In this document: in pieces, positions 55,706-61,915 of the stretch
Numbering within the stretch: the stretch's first letter is position 1
How the letters are laid out: each line of letters starts with the position of its first letter
From: an uncultured Gammaproteobacteria bacterium
GTDB taxonomy: Bacteria > Patescibacteriota > Microgenomatia > UBA1406 > GWC2-37-13
NCBI GenBank assembly: GCA_964530235.1
Contig: CAZGYB010000004.1
Coordinates: 10,668-74,667, forward strand
DNA: 64,000 nucleotides
Reading direction: 5' to 3'
Made by a program: the position numbers and the translations under genes
Notes under the pieces: model-generated
What the model saw: only the letters and a program-made list of their open reading frames with translations
Databases searched by the model: none
What the model was told of the DNA's origin: nothing

Positions 55706-56164
55706 TAACAATAATTCTTTGAAGTTATAAACAATAAATTGTTTAGTTATTTTCTTTCTCTCGTCTGATTGTTAAAGTGCTCTTCGCTTCGCTCAGAGTA
55801 AACCCTTCGGTTTATTCTCAGGGTAAACTACCCTCAATATTTAATACCTATAATACAAAGATTTATAGATAAAATAATGGTGAACTGCATGGAATATTTG
55901 CTTATAGAAAGGGGGTAGGGCGCAGTATTTTCTGATAATAAAACTATTCAATTTCATATTCCTATAGTATATCATACAAAGGCTTATAAGTCAAGTATCG
56001 GGCAAGAATAATGAAGAAGCTCTTGTTGTTAAAGAGCAGAAGATATTTACCCTTATAGTATATATATATTATTCTAAAAGTCAACCATAGTGGTTGTCAG
56101 AATAATATATCAAAAGTTATACACAGCTCATAAACAATGACCGAAAAAGAATATATATAAGTAT

Positions 56165-56193
56165 AAAAAAACCGAGTCGCTAAGCGACTCGGC
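56165..56193 (-). terminator. rho-independent terminator of the 56218..56976 gene
   Basis: On the minus strand, CCGAGTCGC-TTAG-GCGACTCGG (a 9-bp perfect stem) is followed by a T7 run, 25 nt after the stop. Confidence 0.75.
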
Positions 56194-56217
56194 TCTATGA
56201 AAAAAAGAATAGTGAAA

Positions 56218-56976
56218 TTACTTTCTCCGTGTCATGGTTAATTTAAGTCCTGCGCCGATCATACCGATCTGTCCGGCAAGGAGGACAAGTCCCATTTCAG
56301 GCCCGGCCTTTGGTGTTGCCTTTGCGCCAATGACCTGTTTTTCTACACAAATCTGTGCGGTATCTTCATCAGATACATTTCCGTTGTATGCTTGAGCGCG
56401 GTTTACCATACAGAACAGCCCTTTGTCAGCGGGCATTTTGTCCTGAGGGTAAAGCTGCATTTTAAGTTGATACGTTTTTTCTTCATCCGCCGCAAACGAA
56501 CCGGCATCGAAGGTAATGGTTCGATTTGTAGCATCGAATGTTCCCGGACCTTCAACCGGATCGATATAATTTGGAACAAAGTCTTTGACCGTTACATTTG
56601 AAAGGGTTGTGTTTGATGTATTTTTTACTTTTAGTCGAAACAGTACCTGTCCTCCCGGTGAATAGCGTACATCAGCAGGTGAGAGGTTGTCGACATATTC
56701 ATAGGAAACAACACCACCTTTGGTTTGGGTTCCCCCTGGTTTTGCAACGAGTTTGTCAATAACAATACTTTGAGTTGATGGAGTTCCGCCGTATTGACCA
56801 TATTGTCCGTACTGACCAGAGTCAGCGAGAACTCGTGGAGCGTGTAACGTGTAACGTGTAACGTAAAAAAAAGCAACTAAGAACAAAATTATTTTTGCGA
56901 TTTGCGTTATGCGTTTCGCATTATGCATTTTATATTTCATAGTGGGTATTATACTACAGGACTTATCATTTGTCAA
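56218..56976 (-). CDS. DUF11-like surface protein with a C-terminal sorting-signal-like anchor (true start ATG 56940, MKYKMHNAK)
   Basis: PGGQVLFRLKVKNTSNTTLSNVTVKDFVPNYIDPVEGPG fits the DUF11 repeat. The C-terminus is TPKAGPE, a hydrophobic helix, then TRRK. The TTG 'start' at 56976 is actually the -35 box of its promoter. Confidence 0.6.
   Translation of the reverse strand: MTNDKSCSIIPTMKYKMHNAKRITQIAKIILFLVAFFYVTRYTLHAPRVLADSGQYGQYGQYGGTPSTQSIVIDKLVAKPGGTQTKGGVVSYEYVDNLSPADVRYSPGGQVLFRLKVKNTSNTTLSNVTVKDFVPNYIDPVEGPGTFDATNRTITFDAGSFAADEEKTYQLKMQLYPQDKMPADKGLFCMVNRAQAYNGNVSDEDTAQICVEKQVIGAKATPKAGPEMGLVLLAGQIGMIGAGLKLTMTRRK
56841..56863. repeat. left arm of a perfect 23-bp inverted repeat (GTGTAAC heptads)
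   Basis: CGTGTAACGTGTAACGTGTAACG is the exact reverse complement of 57040-57062. It lies inside the coding sequence and encodes VTRYTLH. Confidence 0.95.
56948..56976 (-). promoter_or_regulatory. consensus sigma70 promoter giving a leaderless or near-leaderless mRNA
   Basis: On the minus strand: TTGACA, a 17-nt spacer, TATAAT, then 7 nt (ACCCACT) before the ATG at 56940. Confidence 0.7.
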
Positions 56977-57039
56977 CTATAGGACATATCTCAAAACGCG
57001 AAGCGTGTAACGCGAGGCGTTTTGTGATAAAATAATCCG

Positions 57040-57062
57040 CGTTACACGTTACACGTTACACG
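57040..57062. repeat. right arm of the perfect 23-bp inverted repeat (GTTACAC heptads)
   Basis: CGTTACACGTTACACGTTACACG ends 2 nt before the ATG at 57065. Confidence 0.95.
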
Positions 57063-57064
57063 TT

Positions 57065-57706
57065 ATGCGACTCAATGCTAAAGAGATGCGGACTGTTGAT
57101 GAAGCGGAAGCGAAACAGCAGCTTGCCAATCTCAAACGCCACCCAATTTTCTTTATCCTTGAAAATATTTATGATACCTATAATATCGGCGGTTTATTCC
57201 GCTTAGCAGATGCAATTGGGGTGAGCAAGATATATTTATGCGGTGAAACCGAGATTCCTCCGAATTCGCGAATCAAAAAGGCATCGATCGGGACGTATAA
57301 GGTTGTGCCGTGGGAGTATAAACGGAGTTCAGAAGAAGCAGTATTGGAATTACGAAAAAAGTTCATAGTTGATAGTTCGCAGTTGGCGGAACTAAAAAAG
57401 TCACAAAGTACCAACTATAAACGGCAAACTAAAAACTACGACCCTCCAACTACAAACTCTTCTTTACAGGTAATCGCTATTGAACAGTCTCCGCAATCCG
57501 TGCCATATACCCAGATTGACTATCGCTTTCCGGTTGCACTCATTATGGGGAATGAGACATACGGCGTGCTTCCTGAAACGATCAAGTTGGCAGACCATAT
57601 TGCAGAAATCCCGATGTGGGGGATCAATAAGAGTTTGAACGTAATCGTATCCGCCTCAATTGTGAGTTATTGGATTATGAATAAGTTTAGAGTCGGTAGT
57701 TTATAG
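57065..57706 (+). CDS. SpoU/TrmH-family RNA 2'-O-methyltransferase
   Basis: ILENIYDTYNIGGLFRLADAIGV, VALIMGNETYGV and IPMWG.NKSLNVIVSASIVSY are the three SpoU motifs. The gene contains a 31-aa insert. Confidence 0.8.
   Translation: MRLNAKEMRTVDEAEAKQQLANLKRHPIFFILENIYDTYNIGGLFRLADAIGVSKIYLCGETEIPPNSRIKKASIGTYKVVPWEYKRSSEEAVLELRKKFIVDSSQLAELKKSQSTNYKRQTKNYDPPTTNSSLQVIAIEQSPQSVPYTQIDYRFPVALIMGNETYGVLPETIKLADHIAEIPMWGINKSLNVIVSASIVSYWIMNKFRVGSL
57368..57460. repeat. 93-nt heptad-periodic palindromic in-frame insert in the trmH-like gene
   Basis: The left arm is GTTGATAGTTCGCAGTTGG. The right arm is AACTnnn heptads (CCAACTATAAACGGCAAACTAAAAACTAC...CCAACTACAAACTCT). It is homologous to 62165..62239. 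Confidence 0.75.
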
Positions 57707-57715
57707 TTTACAGTT
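57695..57715. repeat. left inverted-repeat arm (nnnAGTT heptads) flanking the four-helix-bundle gene
   Basis: GGTAGTTTATAGTTTACAGTT matches the reverse complement of 58082-58102 (GGTAGTTTGTAGTTTGAAGTT) at 18/21 positions. It overlaps the last codons and stop of the trmH-like gene. Confidence 0.8.
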
Positions 57716-57728
57716 AAAATATATAAAC

Positions 57729-58076
57729 ATGAGCACTTATAAAGACTTGGTAGTTTGGAAGAAAAGTATGCAGTTATGTGAAGAAGTGTATAAGGTTACT
57801 AAAAAATTTCCCAAAGAAGAACAGTATGGGTTGAGTTCACAGATAAGAAGAGCGGTAATTGCGATTCCATCGAATATTGCAGAAGGTCAAAAACGTTCTT
57901 ATAAGAAAGAATTTATTCAATTTCTACGGATTTCTCTTGGATCAGGAGCCGAACTTGAAACACAGCTGGAAATAGCGAGGAGGATTGGATATATAAATGA
58001 GGAAAGTTTTTTTAAACTAACAGCGCTAATTGTTGAAATTATGAAAATGCTCCAAAGCCTAATAAGATCACTTTAG
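57729..58076 (+). CDS. four-helix-bundle protein (23S rRNA intervening-sequence protein / Avd-like family)
   Basis: YKDLVVWKKSMQLCEEVYKVTKKFPKEEQYGLSSQIRRAVIAIPSNIAEGQKR....F.QFLRISLGSGAELETQLEIA is the hallmark of this family. Confidence 0.85.
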   Translation: MSTYKDLVVWKKSMQLCEEVYKVTKKFPKEEQYGLSSQIRRAVIAIPSNIAEGQKRSYKKEFIQFLRISLGSGAELETQLEIARRIGYINEESFFKLTALIVEIMKMLQSLIRSL

Positions 58077-58081
58077 CTTTT

Positions 58082-58109
58082 AACTTCAAACTACAAACTA
58101 CCAACTATC
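58082..58109. repeat. right inverted-repeat arm (four AACTnnn heptads)
   Basis: AACTTCA AACTACA AACTACC AACTATC, ending 8-10 nt before the 3' end of tRNA-Thr. Confidence 0.8.
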
Positions 58110-58119
58110 AGCTATTCGG

Positions 58120-58191
58120 AGCCCAAAGCGAGAATCGAACTCGCGGTCTTATTCTTACCAAGAATACGTTTTACCACTAAACTATTTGGGC
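58120..58191 (-). tRNA. tRNA-Thr (anticodon GGU)
   Basis: Hand-folded 72-nt cloverleaf. Acceptor stem GCCCAAA/TTTGGGC and D stem GTTT/AAAC. Anticodon stem TATTC/GAATA with loop TTGGTAA. Variable loop AGACC, T arm GCGAG-TTCGATT-CTCGC, discriminator T. CCA is not fully encoded. Confidence 0.85.
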
Positions 58192-58203
58192 ACTTAAAGC
58201 AAA

Positions 58204-58857
58204 TTATACCGTACCTGATCCTGGGAAAGGGATAAACAGAGGTAATAATACATTTAATGCAGGCTGAAGAACGCCGTCAAGAAGGGATGATCTGCCGATA
58301 GGAATAATAAGAAGGATAAGAAAAAGCATTCCATAGCGCTGTAGCTGATACCACTCCTCTGCTTTACGCTCGGGAAGGATTCCTCCAACGATTTTAAATC
58401 CGTCAAGCGGGTGAATAGGAATAAGGTTAAAAACGCCAAGCACGAGGTTCATCATGATGAACCGGCTGAGAATAATAAATCCTATAGTACTTATTCCCGG
58501 AATTGCAACAAATGTGAACAAACGAAGGATGATAGAAAGTATCAGCGCGAGAAGTATATTTGATATCGGTCCGGCAACTGAGATAAGCGCTGCATCTTTT
58601 CGCGGATTTTTTAAATTATATGGGTCAAACTCAACCGGCTTACCCCAGCCGAATCCAAAGAACATAAGAAACAGAAGGCCGGTAAGATCGATATGAACAA
58701 AGGGGTTGAGAGTGATGCGTCCGGCAAGCCGTGCCGTCGGGTCGCCAAGCCGGTCTGCAGTCCATGCGTGGGCGCACTCATGAATGGCAATCGCCACAAG
58801 AAGACTGACGATACTGACAAGAAAAATGATTGGACTGGTAAAAAAAGTACTGAGCAT
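58204..58857 (-). CDS. site-2 protease family (M50) membrane metalloprotease
   Basis: HECAHAWTA (HExxH) in TM1, GRITLNPFVHID, and NLIPIHPLDG. It has about 6 TM helices. Confidence 0.85.
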   Translation of the reverse strand: MLSTFFTSPIIFLVSIVSLLVAIAIHECAHAWTADRLGDPTARLAGRITLNPFVHIDLTGLLFLMFFGFGWGKPVEFDPYNLKNPRKDAALISVAGPISNILLALILSIILRLFTFVAIPGISTIGFIILSRFIMMNLVLGVFNLIPIHPLDGFKIVGGILPERKAEEWYQLQRYGMLFLILLIIPIGRSSLLDGVLQPALNVLLPLFIPFPGSGTV

Positions 58858-58858
58858 A

Positions 58859-58887
58859 TTGATTTCCGGTATCTCCTATGATATCAT
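58859..58887 (+). promoter_or_regulatory. sigma70-like promoter for rpmB
   Basis: TTGATT, a 17-nt spacer, then TATCAT. The spacer and -10 contain the 12-bp palindrome TATGATATCATA. Confidence 0.35.
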
Positions 58888-58899
58888 AAAAACTCATTA

Positions 58900-59256
58900 T
58901 TGAAATCTATGAAATGTTATCATTGCGGAAAAGGCATACTTTTTGGCAGGACACACACCCATCATCGGGGTGTAGCTGGAGGCAGATGGAAGAAACGTGC
59001 TCCGAAGAAACAGCGCATTTTTGAGCCGAACCTACAGCCGGTACACATTCTCATTGCAGGAAAACTCAAGCGGGTGAAACTGTGTACTCGTTGTTTAAAA
59101 CGGGTCCGGAAAGACATTCGTGATGGCAAAAAACCGTTTGTTACTCTCGCAAAGCTTCAACCTCAACAGTCTGAAAAAAAAGAAGTTCAGAAGGAACCGG
59201 TGAAAAAGAAAACGAAAAAAGTAAGGGCGAAAAAAACCACAAAGAAAGCAGAATAA
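58900..59256 (+). CDS. rpmB: 50S ribosomal protein bL28 with a Lys-rich C-terminal extension (start likely ATG 58909)
   Basis: MKCYHCGKG...G...HH.......R.FEPNLQPV.......KRVKLCTRCLK matches the bL28 pattern. It is followed by ~50 aa of K/E/Q-rich tail. Confidence 0.8.
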   Translation: MKSMKCYHCGKGILFGRTHTHHRGVAGGRWKKRAPKKQRIFEPNLQPVHILIAGKLKRVKLCTRCLKRVRKDIRDGKKPFVTLAKLQPQQSEKKEVQKEPVKKKTKKVRAKKTTKKAE

Positions 59257-59260
59257 TCTT

Positions 59261-60397
59261 CTATTGAGTGCACACTTCAATTGTAAATATTCCTCCTCCA
59301 GAGCAGTTCATTTGAATAGGTGGCATCTGAAGGGGAACACTTCCGCAGTCGCATACTCCTGATGAGCAGTTCGTACAGTGGGCTCGTGCGCAGACTCCCA
59401 TGGTGCAGGTACACGGGCCGTATGCACCGTTTGCCAGATTATAGGTTCCGCCACCGGCAAGAGCCGGTTTTACCGCATGACAGGTTCCGGGTTGAGGAAC
59501 CGGCGTGCTGGTAGGAGTTCGGGTTGGAGTGGGGGTTGCGGTTGGACTATGAGTCGGTTGAGGTGTTGCAGTTGGGCCCGGAGTCGGAGTTGCAAGGGGG
59601 GTTGACGTCGGTGTTGGCGTCATGGTTGAGGAAGGGGTTGGTGCAGTAGTTATAGTTGGTGTTGGGGTAAATTGAACAGTTGGGGTTGGATGCTCTGGAG
59701 TGGGCGAGGGAGTAGAAGCGATGGTTGGGGTGGCAGAAACAGTCGGCTGTGTGGTGGGTGTTGGGGTTGGATTGTGTAACCAGTTGACTTCAGGTTTAAC
59801 CGGATTTACGCCTAAACTGTAGAGAAGGAGGGAATAGTCCTGACCGTCAACAATGCCATCAATGTTGATATCTGCTTTTCCCAGCGAATCCGTATCGTTT
59901 CTTCCCAGATATTGAAACAGGAGAGATGCGTCTGCCCCGTTAATTGATCCGTCATTATTGAGATCGCCGACATAAAACGGTACTGCTGTGTCCTGAATGG
60001 TCTGGCCGTTGGCTTGCAAAATAATTTCTGGACCGGTGCAGTTTTCTTTGTTTGGAACCGCGCAGATTAATCGAGCTACGGCGAACTGTGGCTTGATGAG
60101 AAACGCGTAGAATTCTGTTAAATCCGGATCGGGGAGGGAAACTGCGGTGTGATACTGTTTGTTAACCTGATTCAGTTGCACATCACCAAGCGTGAGAATC
60201 TCTTTTGAGCGGTTATACACCTGTATTGTAGCTTTTCGCGCACCCGAGAATACCTGCGTGCCCTGTACTGCAAAGGTAAAAGCCACAGATACATTGCTTG
60301 CTCTGCTTGCAATGCTCTGCATAAAGATAAGAAGAAAAAAGAAAGTAAAAATTACTCCTGCAATAACAAAACTTCGAAACGGTTTGACGGTTGTCAT
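59261..60397 (-). CDS. membrane-anchored dockerin protein with a Thr/Pro linker and a C-terminal Cys-rich domain
   Basis: Canonical type-I dockerin repeats [22 protein letters not shown] and [22 protein letters not shown]. The C-terminal ~75 aa contain 12 Cys. Confidence 0.6.
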   Translation of the reverse strand: MTTVKPFRSFVIAGVIFTFFFLLIFMQSIASRASNVSVAFTFAVQGTQVFSGARKATIQVYNRSKEILTLGDVQLNQVNKQYHTAVSLPDPDLTEFYAFLIKPQFAVARLICAVPNKENCTGPEIILQANGQTIQDTAVPFYVGDLNNDGSINGADASLLFQYLGRNDTDSLGKADINIDGIVDGQDYSLLLYSLGVNPVKPEVNWLHNPTPTPTTQPTVSATPTIASTPSPTPEHPTPTVQFTPTPTITTAPTPSSTMTPTPTSTPLATPTPGPTATPQPTHSPTATPTPTRTPTSTPVPQPGTCHAVKPALAGGGTYNLANGAYGPCTCTMGVCARAHCTNCSSGVCDCGSVPLQMPPIQMNCSGGGIFTIEVCTQ

Positions 60398-60409
60398 ATT
60401 TTCACTATA

Positions 60410-61051
60410 ATGAGAGCAGACTTAATGCTTATGATAGCAAAAAAATATGCGTCTTTTTTAGGATCATTTATTTTGGGATTCTTTATTATGTTTTTGATCC
60501 ATCTTCTGTATGCGCATGAATGGTCAGTACAGCGGGATCGCGATATAAAGAGTGTAAAACAGGAAACATCCGTAGGTCCAACGACACGTCCCCTTACCCA
60601 AAATGAAATCCTGATTCTTGCAGATAAAGCTAAAAAAATGTCCGGATATGAAAAACAATTGGTTACTTTTGGCTCCCGTACGGTTTCACAGAACGGAAAT
60701 GTGACTACTATTGACCTCTTGATTAAGGGACCTGAAAAAACACTGATGGATGCCGCTGATATCCGGTTGGATTTTTCCCAGGGAATTGAGGTCTTGCAGG
60801 TTGAGAAAGGAAAAGCATTTTCTTCATATCCCCATATTTCCGTACGGGGCGCGAGTATTCTTGCGACCGGAATCGCCGATATATCGGATGGTCAAATCAG
60901 CTATGGTTTGATGAATTCCACATTCATTCGGGTTACCCTTCGGCAGTTTGAGAAAACAGGTACCGTGAAAATCATTTCCGAAGGAACAAATGTGTACCTT
61001 ATGGGAGAATCGATTTTGGATCGAACAAAAAGTATAGACAAACTTCTTTAA
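60410..61051 (+). CDS. membrane-anchored cohesin-like protein
   Basis: TM, then [35 protein letters not shown]...[19 protein letters not shown]. It is divergent from the dockerin gene with only a 12-nt spacer. Confidence 0.45.
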   Translation: MRADLMLMIAKKYASFLGSFILGFFIMFLIHLLYAHEWSVQRDRDIKSVKQETSVGPTTRPLTQNEILILADKAKKMSGYEKQLVTFGSRTVSQNGNVTTIDLLIKGPEKTLMDAADIRLDFSQGIEVLQVEKGKAFSSYPHISVRGASILATGIADISDGQISYGLMNSTFIRVTLRQFEKTGTVKIISEGTNVYLMGESILDRTKSIDKLL

Positions 61052-61057
61052 TCGGAG

Positions 61058-61891
61058 TTATTTCCAGATCCAAGTAGCAAGAATACGTTCGAGTTCTTTC
61101 TGTTGTGTTGTTCTGTTTTCTGTATCAGATGCTGTGAGCAGTTCAAAACCGGTTAAAGGGCTTCCGTTTGCCTCGTAGGTGTTGGGAAGGTACACAAACA
61201 CATGTGTTGTTTGCACTGATTTGTTAGCGTATTCCGTTGTAACTTTGTATCCTTCTTTTCCCCCGACTTGAACCGGAACAGTCTCAACGGTTGTTTCGTC
61301 GCTTCCGTGTTGTTTTTCAAGGGCTAGCCATTGTGTGCCCATATCCTCAGAGTTCGCATATGTTTTATTGTGCAGAAATACCGAAAAACTAACACTTGTA
61401 TCAGGAAGATTTGCATCAGGAAACGTGCGGAAGGTCAGATCACAGTTATTTTCTTTTCCCACCTCATGTTTTTGGGGAAGTGCAAGGGTAAAGCAAAGCG
61501 TTTCTTTTAAAACCGCTTGTTCTGGTTGCGCGGAAAGAGAAGCATCCTGTGTTGGAAGAAGCGTCGGTGGAGGAATTGATATGGACGGGGTTATTTTGAC
61601 CATATTTTTTTGTGATTTTTCTAGCGCTTGAGTGAGGAGTGTTGCTTTTTGATGCATGATAAATCCATAAAATCCTCCTCCAATACCGACCAAAAGGCAA
61701 ATGAGTGAGAAGAATACACCGAGCGGATTACCCTTGCGTGCTGTGTACACCGGCGGGATATCTATATCCGCAGGAGTTTGTTCGACCGGTAACGGCTGAG
61801 GTTGGGGTGGTTGTTGAGTAGGTAGTGGTGTTTGCGGAGTCGGATTTTGTGTTGAGGTTGCTGTCATATAAGTATAACAATATTCTTTCAT
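61058..61891 (-). CDS. hypothetical membrane-anchored protein with a Pro/Gln-rich N-terminus
   Basis: 277 aa with one TM (LGVFFSLICLLVGIGGGFYGFI). Confidence 0.45.
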   Translation of the reverse strand: MKEYCYTYMTATSTQNPTPQTPLPTQQPPQPQPLPVEQTPADIDIPPVYTARKGNPLGVFFSLICLLVGIGGGFYGFIMHQKATLLTQALEKSQKNMVKITPSISIPPPTLLPTQDASLSAQPEQAVLKETLCFTLALPQKHEVGKENNCDLTFRTFPDANLPDTSVSFSVFLHNKTYANSEDMGTQWLALEKQHGSDETTVETVPVQVGGKEGYKVTTEYANKSVQTTHVFVYLPNTYEANGSPLTGFELLTASDTENRTTQQKELERILATWIWK

Positions 61892-61915
61892 ACTACCGGA
61901 AAAAGAGGGAGTTTG

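Noticed and set aside
54974-55710. Known structured RNAs in the GC-rich non-coding stretch: group II intron, RNase P RNA, tmRNA, SRP RNA.
   Set aside because: By eye I could not find GUGYG...domain V (AGC...GNRA 34-nt hairpin), GGAAAGUCC / ACAGAAnnCGGCUUA, a tRNA-like acceptor/T-arm end, or the SRP domain IV motif. Only an Rfam scan could settle it.
57729-58076. Diversity-generating retroelement, suggested by the Avd-like four-helix-bundle protein.
   Set aside because: There is no reverse transcriptase ORF (no YxDD-type motif seen in any ORF) and no template/variable repeat pair with adenine-specific differences anywhere in the window.
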